Assembly (NCBI GenBank): GCA_013265495.1
Contig: MU057989.1
Coordinates: forward strand, 1,443,513-1,507,512
Direction of reading: 5' to 3'
Length of the DNA: 64,000 nucleotides
Source of the DNA: Vicugna vicugna
Lineage: Eukaryota
The translations under genes and the position numbers were made by a program. The notes under the pieces are model-generated. The model saw only the letters and a list, made by a program, of their open reading frames with translations. It made no database searches and was not told where the DNA came from. Positions 51,418 through 63,767 of this stretch are shown here, one piece after another (within the stretch, counting starts at the first letter, position 1; the number at the start of each line of letters is the position of its first letter).

Positions 51418-52202
51418 GTGAGTTGCCTTCCCCCCGTTCTCCCTTCCGGGCACGCGGACCCACGTGGAGGGGCCACTTCCCAAGTCCCCTCTCACATCAG
51501 TCGGCCGGGGGCAGTTCACTCCAGAGACAGTGGAAGACGTTGGCTCAGCCCGACAAGCAGGTGTGGGGCTGTGGGGCTAAGGCACCGAGCGCTCCGTCCC
51601 CTCTGGGCAACGCTGCCCCTGAGCCCTCTCAGCTCCCCTTCCAGCTTCTTCTCCTGACTCAGGCACTCCTAGCCAACCTGTCCCCTCCCACTGTGGCAGA
51701 GCCACGCTGACAGCAGCCAGACAGGCCTCCGGTTCTGGGGTCCACCCCGCAGGGAAGTGATGAAGACAGTTAGCAGGGAGTGGCCGGGCCCTGTGCTCTG
51801 CTGCTGGCCTGGTGGATCCCTCCCCGCCCCTCCTCCTCCTGCCAGTCCTGCTGATCTCTCCCTTGCCACCACCACGGGCTTTGGGGGTCCCAGGCCAGGG
51901 TACAGATGCTGGAGCCCTGCCAGGCCCAGGCTTGTCCCCCAGCTCCTTGGCACCGCCGAGAGGTCCCTCCGTTTGCTGAGTGAGAGCTGGCTGTGGGCAG
52001 TCAGCAGTGGCAGCTCTGGGGGACAGTGAGGTGTGGGTCGGAGGGAGCCATAGGGCCCCCCAGGCAGAGGAAAGCGAGATGAGGATGAGCCCTCCAGTGG
52101 GTCTGGACTCTGCCTGCAGGGGAAGGAGAGATGCTGGAGAGAAGCAGCCCAGGGCGGGGGGCCAGGGGCCGGCTCTGACCCCTCTCCCCTCTCTCCTGGC
52201 AG

Positions 52203-52252
52203 TTGTGGAAGTGACCGGCCACGCCCACGTGCTCTTGGCCGCCTTTGAAAAG
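52203..52252 (+). CDS. MGRN1: MGRN1 exon 7
   Basis: ggcag|TT...AAG|gtaagt, 50 nt; VVEVTGHAHVLLAAFEK. Confidence 0.96.
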
Positions 52253-53909
52253 GTAAGTTCCCCCTGCCCCTTACTATCCTGGTGATCCCTCATTTGTCAT
52301 TGTATCCTGCATGCAGTAGGCGCCCCATGAATGCTGGTGGGGTGGACGAGCGTCTGCCATCTGCCTAGCACGGCCCTAGACATGCAGGCTCTCCTGAGGT
52401 CCCCAAGCTGGGGATGCCCTGCATGTAAAGAGGCCATTTACATCGAAGGCTTCACTTACAACTACCTTTATGGTTATATGTGTTTGAACTTAGGATTTGC
52501 CCCTTTTTTCCACGTAGACGTGCATCCCCAGGCCCTTGGCTGTTGACGTTTTGTGGTCATGTTTATGATGTGTGGTAGGGATGTTGGTGGTGAGGACGGT
52601 TAGCCTCACCGCTGGCTCTGCATTAGGGCATCTTGAGTTCTAGGGACAGTCCTTTCGCTGACACTGTTGTTCCTGGGGGCCAGCGAGTTCCCTGTGTCTG
52701 TCCACACAGCGAGCGAGTGCCTGGCTGTATTGGGACAGGATCTCTGCTCGTCGAGAGCCCTGCTGGCCACAGTTGGGCATGTTCCCCTCTCTGAAAGTGC
52801 CACCCCCAGCCCTGCAGTGGTCCTTGACATTGGCTGGCGCTCTGCAGTTGTGAAGTATTTTCAGCACCAGCCTGTAGCCCAGGTGGACAAGGAGCAAGGA
52901 CTCTGTGAGGAGACCAGGCTCAGACTTGTTCTGAACGTCCTGCCGACCCCTGGTCTCCTCGGCCTGGTGTGTATCTGCAGCCCTGAGAGCCTGAAGTACA
53001 GAGCCCAGCTCCTCCCTGTGATCCAGGTCTTTCTGGATCCCCCAGAGTATCAGTAGAGCCGGGCCTGGGCCCCCTCAGGCGAGGCTGGGTCTGTGCACCC
53101 CCTGGTCTCCCAGGGCCATGGTGACGCCAGTGCCCGCGTGGAGGTGGCCCTCTCCCTTTCTGGGCTAGCCAGCTGCGGGCGCCCCAGTTCGGCCTCGTCG
53201 GAGGCGACAGTCACTGTTTCCCCATCATTGTGTTCTGGCGAGGCATTGGGCCATCACTGGCGGACATTCCATTCTGTGCCTCTGGTATAGAGCTCAGTGA
53301 GAAACTGCCTTGTTTTTGGAGTGCAGCGCACTAGAAACTTCCGTCGGAACCGTCAGCCTCACAGGAAACTCTGAGTGTTGTTCTTGATCAACTCAGAAGG
53401 GGTAGCTGGTGAGCGAGAGTGCAGATCTGGTGCCTTGGCTAACTGCGTGGCCTCGGAGCCGGGTGCCTTCCCAGATGCCCCCGGACTGGTCTGCTTTGTC
53501 GTGTCCCCGTGGCTCTTGGAGCCTCGGGCCTTCCTCTGTGCATGGGTGTGCGGTGTCCTTGTGCCATGTTCACGTTAGCCCGGGGAGTTCTTGGAGGGCT
53601 AGAACTGTTGGCTTGCTCTGCTTCTTGCCTCTGGGGGAGCATCTGTCCATCGTCAGATTTTGGCTGATGATGGTGAACTTGAGTGTACTTGGGAACTGCC
53701 TGGGAGAGCTGGATTTTTTAGGTCTGGGTAGGACCTAGGAGACGATATCTTGGAAAGACTCTGGGTGGTTTTGAAGCCACACCTTGAGAAACCCCGGCCT
53801 TGCTCTGAGTCTTCTTGTAGCCCCTCCTTTTTTTCAGCTGTGGCTGTGGGTTGACTGAGAAGAGGACGTCAGCGCAGCCGAGTTAACCTCTGTGTCTTTC
53901 TCCCTGCAG

Positions 53910-53957
53910 CACGTCGATGGAAGCTTCTCCGTGAAGCCTTTAAAGCAGAAGCAAATT
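53910..53957 (+). CDS. MGRN1: MGRN1 exon 8
   Basis: tgcag|CAC...ATT|gtaagt, 48 nt; HVDGSFSVKPLKQKQI. Confidence 0.96.
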
Positions 53958-55125
53958 GTAAGTCCTTCAGAAGAAACATTGTGAGCCCTTTTGATGTGAA
54001 AGGCACACGTGCACACATGACCCAGTAGTCTCTGTGGATTATTCTCCTTGGGCCACCTCGGCCGCTGTGGGCCCTGGGCTCCTAGAGTCAGGGTCAGGGT
54101 CACCTGCATACCCGCCATGTACCTGCGTTGACTGTTGTGGCCCTGAGTCTTGTCTGCCTTGAACTTAGTGAGAGTTCAGTAAATGTTTGCTGAATGAACA
54201 AATGCCGGATGGAGAGAGGAAACAAGAAACAAACGCTGCAGCCTCCCCTCTTCCTATTTACAAGTTGCTGACGATACCTCCGTGTGGGGCAGACTTGGAT
54301 TGACTTAGTCCATATTTGAGAGGAAGGACGGGATACCTTGGAAGCAGTGGGAGCTGTAGACCAGTACAGCCTTTTTCTGGGGTCGGTGATCCCCACGGTC
54401 CAACACCAGGAAGAATTATCCCCAGTGGGCTCCCACTTACGTACTGTGAGGGTTTAGAGGATGGGGTCCCCTGAGCTGTACCTTTGGCTACAGTGGGGTC
54501 TGTTTCAAAAGTCGTGATTATTAGGTTGTCCTTGTGTGAAGCTGGCTCAGGTGTGTCAGCCACAACCCAGGAATGATGTTGGTGAGTTTTTTAAAAGAGA
54601 GGTCAAGAGAACTCTGGCAGATCCAGCTCTTGGGGGTGACAGGAGGGCCAGAGACCCCCGTGATAGCCAGGACCCTGGTGTCAGGAGAGCTGACCTGCAG
54701 GGCTGTGGCTGTCAGGACGGATGTCTGTGGTCTGTGAACTGTAATAAATGCAGTAGCTCAGACCACTTCTGAACACAGTCAGTGTGAGGCCCGGCTCTGG
54801 TCACTCCCGTGGGGCTGGTGACAGGTCCAAAGTGGTTTTCCTCTAGGCTTAGGCTGGGTAAGGTGAGTGTGTAGGGCTTGGCTCCAGGCCCTCTGGAGTG
54901 CGCAGACCCCTGGCCCAGCCCAGTGCCCATGCTGCCTGTGGGCGGGGCAGATGGCTCTTTTCCCCTCCCGTCGCCAGTGATACCTGCTCCCTGGGTTGCC
55001 AACCACGCCTGCCCCAGGACCTGAACCCGGCACCCAGGAGAGGGTGTTGGGCCAGGTGGGTGCAGAGGAGCCCTTGGTGGGGGTGGGGTGGTGGGCAAAT
55101 GCCCAGACACCCCTCTGCTCTCCAG

Positions 55126-55194
55126 GTGGACCGGGTCAGCTACCTGCTGCAGGAGATCTATGGTATTGAGAATAAGAACAACCAGGAGACGAAG
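55126..55194 (+). CDS. MGRN1: MGRN1 exon 9
   Basis: tccag|GTG...AAG|gtacgc, 69 nt; VDRVSYLLQEIYGIENKNNQETK. Confidence 0.96.
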
Positions 55195-56351
55195 GTACGC
55201 ACTCGTGGGGCTGCTGGATGCCGGGCTGAGCTCGCTCCCCAGTGCTCCTCCCACCTGTGAGGAAGCGCGCCCGCGGAGTGACCTGCCCAGGGCCCCCTGT
55301 CCTGACCAGGGGCCTGCAGATGAGCAGATGAACTGGTTTCCTGCCATGCCTTCCCCTGGAGGCCTCAGACTCCAGCACTTTCCCTTAAGCGTTAAGAAGT
55401 TAAACCGAGTCTATGGGCCATTTTGTCCTTTTCCCAGCAAATTCACCGGCTTGTTACCCTCACTGGGTTGCCGGCTGTTAGGTGGGTCAGGGCGGCCTAG
55501 GGACGTGGGGCCCTCCTGCCTCAGGCATAGCCGGTGCCGCCTTGGCCTTTCCCTCCCTTTTCCTTCACTGCACCCGCCAGCCGGCTCAACCTCTGACTCC
55601 TGTGACAGGAACCTGGTGGCCTATAGAGCCAGGGAGTCAACCTGTGCCTTTGTCATCATCTTAAGGCACGAGTGAAACTGCTGCCTCTTCTTAAGAATCT
55701 CTGGAGTCTCATGCCAGCTTCCACGACGGCTGGAACTGGCTGGAAGCCGGTGCTCTCTGCCCGGTTCGTGTGTCTGCACCAGAGGTCGGCCGACTTCCTA
55801 GAGGGCCGGGTCTTTGTCATCCTCAGCCTCATGGGCCCTGCAGCGTCTGTCACTCCTGCTCATCCACCCGGCACCATGGGTGTCACAAAGAAGCAGCCAC
55901 AGACATACAGGAACCCGGGGGCAAGGCCGTGTTCCAGCAAAACTTTGTTTCGGAAACAGGTGGCAGGCTGGACTTGTCCAGTTCGTTTTTAGGCTGTTGC
56001 TGTGTCTTGATCTGGAAGCTACTTTTATTTTCCAGAAATTGCTATTATTTAAGGAAAACATTTCAACAACTTACACTTGCCTGATTTTTCTGTTTGTTTG
56101 TTTTGACCAAGCAAACGCGCCTCCTCGGAGGATTTCTGTCCAGTACCGTCCTCCCACATTGCCTCCTTGGTTCAGAGTGACAGGAGACCTGGGTTCTCCC
56201 AGTTTGGGGGCATGTTAGGGGAGGGGCTGCCCTGCTCCTCGGCCACCTTCTCTGCCCCATGGGCCTCCCTGTGCCACCACATCCCCCCCCCATCTGGCCC
56301 CTGCCTCTGGCCTCGGGAGCCACCGACCCTGGGGCTGCGGTGTTCCCACAG

Positions 56352-56511
56352 CCCTCAGACGAGGAGAACGGTGACAACAGCAGTGAGTGTGTGGTGTGCC
56401 TGTCGGACCTGCGGGACACGCTCATCCTGCCCTGCCGCCACCTGTGCCTGTGCAACTCGTGTGCCGACACACTGCGCTACCAGGCCAGCAGCTGCCCCAT
56501 CTGCCGGCTGC
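56352..56511 (+). CDS. MGRN1: MGRN1 exon 10 (C3HC4 RING finger)
   Basis: cacag|CCC...C|gtgagt, 160 nt; CVVCLSDLRDTLILPCRHLCLCNSCADTLRYQASSCPICRL. Confidence 0.97.
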
Positions 56512-57514
56512 GTGAGTGGGGCTGTGGGTGCGGGGCGGCGGCAGGGAGCGCGCGGCACGGCGGTTGGCATGGGCGAGTGACACCCATGGCCATGGCGGTG
56601 GCACGTTCTGCCTCCCGGAAAGTTAGGCTCAGGCCAAGTGTCCAGGAGGGGCTCCTGGACAGCGTGTGCTGTGAGCCGCACAATTAGTGAGTCAGATCTT
56701 TATTTTAAAGAGTTTGGTGAGAAATTACAGTGAAATGAAAAGTGTGCTGCGTGTAAATGATCAAGGAATTAAATTTGGTTTCCTCGAGCATCCAGACCCT
56801 CTCAGTCAAAAGTCGTCACGTTGGGACTAATTCAGATTAAAATATTCCCTGATAGGATGTAATGGTTCTCCAGGTGTAAATCCTGCTGGTGAGGGATTGG
56901 GTGTTGGGGGGAGAGCGCCCTCCTGTGGGAGCTGAGGGACATTTTCTTTCCCGAGGCAAATGATGGCTTTTTTTTAAAGCAGAGATAAAGACTATCAGAT
57001 TTAAGTCACTTTCAGAAATAATGGATTGGTAGATATAAAACTCTTAAGTATAAAGTTATCTCTTTATGGCTACATTTAGTTCTTGGATTCATGACTGTTG
57101 ACTATAAAACTTCTTTTTTAAAAACAGTTTACAGCTACAATAAAATTATACTTCAAAGCAATTAATCAGCAGACATGGACTTAGGAAACCCTGGAGGGAA
57201 AAAGGAAAGTGTTTTAAAAATAACAAAGCTTAGGTTGATTTTTTTAATGCAAATTTGATCTTTATAACAAAGTGTTCTTTGCCCTATGAATATGTTTAGC
57301 ATACTCAAAAACCTAACTTGGATTCAATAATTCTATATTGGTAACATATCATTTTACTTTGTCTCCCAATTTGATTTACTTCAGTTGTTTTTAGTGAATT
57401 ACATTCCAGGTTAAAGGTATTCTGTTGTTAGTATACACAGTCAGAGTAGACAAACGGAGGGCATTTTAAAGGCATTTGTTAAATCATATATATTTCATTA
57501 AAATTTTTTTCTTC

Positions 57515-58850
57515 TAGTTTTATTGAGATATAATTGACTTACAGAACTGTGTAAGTTTAAGATGTACAATGTAATGATTTGATTTACATACATCATGACA
57601 TGATTATCACAGTTTAATAAACATCTATCATCTCATATAGATACAAAATTAAAGAAATAAAAAAACATTTTTTGTGATGAGAACTTTTAGGGTTTACTCC
57701 CTTAGCAGCTTTCATACGTAACATGCAGCAGTGATTATACTTACCGTGTTGTACATTAGATCTCTGGTACTTATTTATCTTATAGCTGGATGTCTGTACC
57801 TTTTGACCATCTTCGTCCAGTTCCCCCTCCCCGCACACCCACCTCTGGTAACCACAGATCTGATCTCTTTCTGTGTGGTTGGCTGGTTGGTTGGTTTTGG
57901 ATTATAACCGACCTACAACACTGTTTAGTTCCTGTTAAACAACATAGTGATTTTTTTTTCTTGTACATTTGGAAACAATCACAATGAAGTCTAGTTACAC
58001 TTTGTCACCATACAAAGATATTATAGTTATGGATATATATTTACATATGACTGTATTTCCCACACTGTGTGGTTCAAACCTGTGACTCATTTATTTTGCA
58101 ACTGGAAGTCTGAACCTCTTCATCTTACTCACCTATGTCTTTCCTCTCCCCACCTCTGTCTCACCTGGTAACCACGTGCTTGTTCTCACTATCTATAACT
58201 GTTTCTGTTTTGTTATGTTTGTTCATTTATTTTGTTTTTTAGATTCCACTTGTAAGTGAAATCACAGAGTATTTGTCATTCTGCATCTGACCTATGTCAT
58301 TTAGCATAATAGCTTCTAGGTCCTTCCATGTTGTTGCAAATGGCAAGATTGTATCTTTTTCTGGCTGAGTAATAGTCTATTACATGTAAATATGCCACAT
58401 CTTCTTTATTCATTCATCTGTTGACAGGCTCTTAGGTTGCTTTCATATCTTGGCAATTGTAAATAGTGCTGCAAAGAACATGGGGGTGCATGTATCTTTT
58501 CTAATTAGTATTTTTGTTTCTTTTGATAAATACCCAGGGGTGGAATTGCTGGGTCATATGGTAGTTCTGTTTTTTAACTTTTTGAGGAACCTCCATCCTG
58601 TTTTCTGTAGTGGCTGCCCCACCAACATGACATGAGGACTCCCTTTTCTCCACTTCCTCCTCAGCACTTGTTACTTGTTATTTTTCTGACAGTAGTCATT
58701 CTGACAGGTGTGAGGTGTGGTTTTGATTTGCATTTCCCTGATGGTTAGTGATGCTGAACATCTTTTCATGTGCAGTATGGAAAAATGTCTATTCAGATCC
58801 TCTGCGCATTTTTTAATCGGGTTGTTTGTTTTGACGTCGAGTTGCCAGTG
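57515..58850 (-). mobile_element. L1 (L1MA-like) 3' region
   Basis: ttttattgagatataattgac..., ccatgttgttgcaaatggcaagatt..., gttttgatttgcatttccctgatg. Confidence 0.8.
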
Positions 58851-59086
58851 TCTGGGTCAGACTGTGTGCTTTTAGTTGGCTGACAGGTGTAACTTGCAGC
58901 TACATTCACTGTCTGGTGTACAGTCCAGGGTTTGGCAGGTGAGAGGCCGGCTGTGTCCTGCCTGCCACCCCTAGAAGCTCTACTGGAGCTGAAGCCACGC
59001 TGTCTGGGCCTCGCCTGTCTCCCTCCCTCCCTCCCGGGGCTGTTCTGCCTCTGCCTCGGAAATGTGGCTTAGTCCTTCTGCCGCAG

Positions 59087-59196
59087 CTTTCCGGGCCCTT
59101 CTGCAGATCCGAGCGGTTAGGAAGAAGCCTGGAGCCCTGTCCCCCATCTCTTTCAGCCCTGTTCTGGCCCAGAACATGGACCACGACGAGCATTCT
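59087..59196 (+). CDS. MGRN1: MGRN1 exon 11
   Basis: cgcag|CT...TCT|gtaagt, 110 nt; FRALLQIRAVRKKPGALSPISFSPVLAQNMDHDEHS. Confidence 0.96.
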
Positions 59197-61393
59197 GTAA
59201 GTGCCTCTTCCTTCCCGCCTTGGAAGGTGTTGGGGTGGAGAGAAGAGGGGTCTGGAGGAAGCCCCCAGCCATCATGCAGGCCCCGCTTTCGTGTTAGGAC
59301 AGTGTCTGGCTCCTGGTGGGGCGGGTTGGTCAGGAGGCCCTGGTGGTGTGGCCAGGAGGGGGCTGTCCAGGCTGTGCCCTCAGGGCTGTGCCACGCCAGG
59401 ACCCAGACTGTCTGGCCAGCTCCCCTGCTTGCCAGCTCTCTGGGCCTCTGGCTCATTTGTCCAGCAGGCCAGGTGTGGTCCCAGCAGGCAGCTGTCAGGG
59501 TGTTGGGGTGATGCAGTTCAGCCCAATGAGCCCTGGCTTCCGGGATGCTGTTGCTTCTGCCAGTAGCAGATCATGTGATGCAGGGGGCCTTCCTTGAGTT
59601 AGAGCCATGCTGTCTGTCACCTTCACTCCACCAAGCCGGGCAGCCAGGGGGACTCTGTGCTCTTGGGAAGTGAGGTGTCCTCCAAAGGGTGACTGTGACA
59701 TCCTCTGCCCACTCCTGGCCCACCTGTCTCCTGCCTGGGTGCACAGGAGGGCACCCGGCAGCCATCCACCTGGCTTGCTTCCCAAGAAGCTGTGTGTTAG
59801 ACCTTGCTGCAGCAGCCGAGGAAGTCAGACTTGGGCCTCAGGGACCTCGAGAGCAAAATGGGCAGGGACACAGAGACAGGGAGGGAGAGAGACACAGAAA
59901 TGTAGAGAGACATGGAGAGAGGGCAGGAGACAGATGGGGGCAAGGTTAGGAAGGGAGAGCAGAGAGGTGGGCCAACAGGGAGAAAGGAATGGAAAGAGAC
60001 ACACACAGACGGGCATGGGGCCTGCAAGGGTGGACACATGGGGGCAGAAGGACCGAGGATGGACGTGGGGCCGGCCCGGCTCGAGCTCCCGGGTCCCAGC
60101 TGGCTTCGAGCGTTGTCAGCCAGCAAGCCCGTTTTCTTGGCTCTTGATTGAGGTTGTTTGGATCTCGTGATTCTTAAAGGCCCTGCCAGCTGCCTGAAAA
60201 GGGAAGAGAAGCAAAGCCCTTGGGTTGGCACAGCCACAGACAGGCTCCTGCACTTGGCCAGCGGGGGTGGTGTGCTCGGCCCAGCGGTTCTGAACATGGG
60301 GTCTTTTAAAAGTCTGGGAATTTTGTCTAAGACAGATTTCTGGCTTTTCTCTCAAATCTGAAGGTGTGGTCTTGCCACTTGATGGGGCAAAGTTGCCCCT
60401 TGGGGTTGTGGTGCCCATTACCTCACTTCCCCCCTCCCCTGGGCCAGCCACACTGTTTAGCCTTCTGGGCCCCTGTTGACACCAGGCCCTCCAGCCATTT
60501 AACATTAGACTTGATTTCGGAACACAGCAGACTTTCTCCAACAACACGTTTTGGGGGGAGAGGGGACTGGCACTGAGGTGTGATCTGCCCCTGAGGGAGG
60601 AGTCTCGCTCTTGTTTGGAGGAATGGGCCTGGGTGGTGGGGTTTTATTGTTGCCTGTGTGCTCCTCTCCCGGTTTCTGCCCTGGCGTCTGAGGGTCAGGC
60701 AGGACCCTCCTGTGTCTGTCCCTCTTGTCCTGAAAGCCGAGGTGCCTCCCACAGTGCAGGGCAGCCTGGGGCGTGGATGGTAACCTCACACATGCCAGAG
60801 GGTCAGCGCCCCCCCTCTCTGGAGTCTACGATTCCAAGTAAATGGCCCTGTTCTCTGCCATGCTCCCTGCACGAGCAGCCTCCCCGAGGTCCCAGGGAGC
60901 CCAAAGGAGATGTTTTCTCTAGTGAGTCTGTTACGATCACTACAGGGTGGGGGTGATTGGGGGGTTTAGCTCCACTTTTAGGAGTTAGACTTGGTGATAA
61001 GTAGATGAGACCGTGCCGAGCCTCAAAGAGGTGTCCAGGGCCTCAGGGTCCCTTCTCTGTGCCCAGCGGAGCCCACATGTGGGGAGGACCTGGCCACTTC
61101 CATGCCCAGCCTGGCCAGGACCTGCTGCTTGGGGTTACCCAGACCAGGGTGGCCCCCAGGGATGGGGACCAACTCTTTTAAGAGCTGCTTGGATGTGCAG
61201 GCCCAGCCCACCCAGGCCCTGAGGCAGAACCAGTGCTTGGCCAGGTCCCCGTGATTCAATGTGTTGAATTTGCAAAGCGCTGGCTCACGGCATGCCCAGA
61301 GGCCAGCGACCGGGGAGACCCCATCCAGCCAGCTCCAGCTCCAGCACCGCAATGGGGTGGCAGCGGTAAAACCTATGATTTTTATCTTGACAG

Positions 61394-61459
61394 TGTCCCT
61401 TTAAAAAATCAAAGTCGCACCCTGCCTCACTGGCCAGCAAGAAACCTAAAAGGGAAACA
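61394..61459 (+). CDS. MGRN1: MGRN1 exon 12 (66-nt cassette exon, basic NLS-like peptide)
   Basis: tgacag|TGT...ACA|gtaagt, phase 0-0; CPFKKSKSHPASLASKKPKRET, matching the recalled alternatively spliced MGRN1 exon. Confidence 0.92.
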
Positions 61460-62617
61460 GTAAGTGTGTTCGGCCCCATGGCTCCGTCTTTGCCCCGCAC
61501 CCTCATCACTGCACCAGTGACCAGTACGGGAAGTCACTCTCACCCCCAGCTCACGTGTTTGGTTAATTTAATCTGTCAAATCCACTCTCCCCATTCCCAG
61601 TGTCTCTGCCCAGGAAGGGAGTTTTGTGGAACAAGCAAAGCTCAAGGTCTGTCGGCAAAAAGCCAGTCTCGCAGCCCCGCCGGGCAGCAGCGCCGGCCCC
61701 GGGCGCCCCTGCTCGCCAGCTCTGCTTCTGCCCATGGTCTCCTGAGCACCCTTGTTTCCCTTTTTCTTCTTGCTGGCAGTGGGGTGACGGTGGAGGTGGA
61801 ACTCAGGCCGCCGCTCTTGTGCCCACAGCATCCCCGTGCTTCTTGTCCTGCATCCCTGCTCTGCGGGCTGCACTCTTGGTTCTCTCCCACTTGCCCTCCA
61901 TCCCAGGGAGCATGCTGGGGCCAGGCAGGCCTCTGCCGAGCCCCAAGCCCCCTTGGTAGAACGCAGAGAGTCAGGGTCACCGAGGGTCAGCTGAGAGAGG
62001 GGTCTTCTCCTTGTTTCGAGGGGCGGGAGCAGCTTTAGAGTAATTATGTGCCTTTAAACTGAAGGCACGTTGGGAGTGAATGCAGGGGACCCAGGGGGCG
62101 CTTGCTGGGGGCAGGAAGCTGCCCCCTGCAGCCTCCCTGTTCCCCAGGGCCACTCTGTCACCTCCCCAGAAGGCCAGCTGGGCAGGTAGGAGCCCATGTA
62201 AGAGCTGCCCTTCACTTTGTTAATGAAGAGTGAGGGCAGGTGGCCACCCTGCCCAGCCCCACGGTGCCCGAGGCCTGACTGACGTCCACCTGATGTCTCC
62301 ACTCCCCCTTTGCTTTAACCCTAAAGCAAGGCTCAGCCTATTGACTTGATCCACTCCCAGAGCGGGCAGAACTGGTTCTGAGCAGGATGGCCATTAGATT
62401 CACCCGGAGTACGTGTCAGCCCTGCGGCTGCTTGTCCCAGGCCACGGGGCTCACAGCCTGGCCGGGCCCCTGTGCCAGGCAGGGCTCCGCAGGCAGGTCC
62501 TCTCCGGCCTGGATCACGGCGTTCCTGCTGGTTTCTCCCACCTCTGCCATGGCTTCGCTCCCCTCCTGCTCCTGCTGCTCCTCCCACTAACCCTCTCTCA
62601 CTCTCTGCCCCAACCAG

Positions 62618-62635
62618 GCAGGAGTAGAAAGCCAG
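62618..62635 (+). CDS. MGRN1: Candidate 18-nt in-frame MGRN1 microexon (AGVESQ)
   Basis: CACTAAC branch point 62585-62591, pyrimidine tract with TGC, aaccag|GCAGGAGTAGAAAGCCAG|gtaggg, phase 0-0. Confidence 0.55.
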
Positions 62636-62963
62636 GTAGGGGCTGGGGTGGCTTTCTGAGTGCTCTCTTTCCCTCCGTCCTGGGCACCAACTGGGGCACT
62701 TGGGCGTCCAGGGCTGCATGCTGCAGCTGATGGCCGAGGGAGCCCTGAGCAGGGGTGTCTGATGCTGCTCCGGACTTCTTGGCACCCCTTGAGGGAGGGG
62801 GGTATGAGTCCCTAGAAGGCAGAGTGGACAGGACATGATCAGAGAGTAGTTCTGGGGAGTAGACCCTCCCTGGAACACAAGGCCAGTGTCTGGGGCTTTG
62901 TCGCTGTGGGCAGTGGGCAGGGAGCCTGATCGGCCAGTCCCTCACCTGCGCTTGTCCCTGCAG

Positions 62964-63190
62964 AGCTCTGACAGCATCCCGCCCGGCTACGAGCCCATCT
63001 CCCTGCTCGAGGCGCTCAACGGCCTTCGGGCCGTCTCCCCGGCTATCCCCTCGGCCCCCCTTTATGAAGAGATCACCTACTCGGGCATCTCGGATGGCCT
63101 GTCTCAGGCCAGTTGTCCACTCGCTGGGATCGATCGGATCATGGAAAGCAGCCACCAGAAGGGCAAGCCCCGGAGCAAGTCCCCTGACAG
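62964..63190 (+). CDS. MGRN1: MGRN1 exon 13 (contains the PSAP TSG101-binding motif, 63048-63059)
   Basis: tgcag|AGC...AG|gtgagg, 227 nt; SSDSIPPGYEPISLLEALNGLRAVSPAIPSAPLYEEITYSG... Confidence 0.96.
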
Positions 63191-63767
63191 GTGAGGCCAG
63201 GCCAGCATGCCCCCCGGGAAAGGTGCGTGGGACCCTCCAGGTACACATCACCCTTGTTTGTGACCCTGAGGTTGGGCCCACCTCGCTTGGTGATTACAGG
63301 GTCCTCATCACTGATCAGTGACCTTCAGGGCCACACGGTAAGGATCAGTTGTGGTCCCTTGGACACTTGGAGGTGCCTGTGACCAGCCCTGCTGTTTAGT
63401 CTTTCCTCACATGCGTGCTGGTTTTCTAGAAAAGTGTAAAGGAAGTACAGGTTCTATAAAACCAGCCACTGGCCCTGAGCCTTATACGTGTGGCAGAGAC
63501 TCCGAAAATACAAAGGGAAACAGGAGGAAACATGGGGGCCTCTCCTGCTGCTTCCCCAGCGCCCCCACCCCCAAGGCTCTACCCTTTCTCTGGAAACAGT
63601 GCCAGGTGTGGCCTGTGGGTGCAGGTGGCGGGCCTCCTGTTAACACACACACGGGGCAGGGGGTGCTGCTCCTCAGGACTGGCACACTTCCCTTGCTCCC
63701 CCAGAGCCTTGGCTTGGGTGGGGTTGGCGTGGCTCATCCACTTGTCCTCCGCCCTCTCTGTCCCCAG

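Noticed and set aside
52860..52880. REST/NRSE-like TTCAGCACC
   Set aside because: Only the left half-site matches; the GGACAG right half is missing
61750..61800. Strong pyrimidine tract and ggcag acceptor in intron 12 as another cassette exon
   Set aside because: No convincing donor downstream and no consensus branch point
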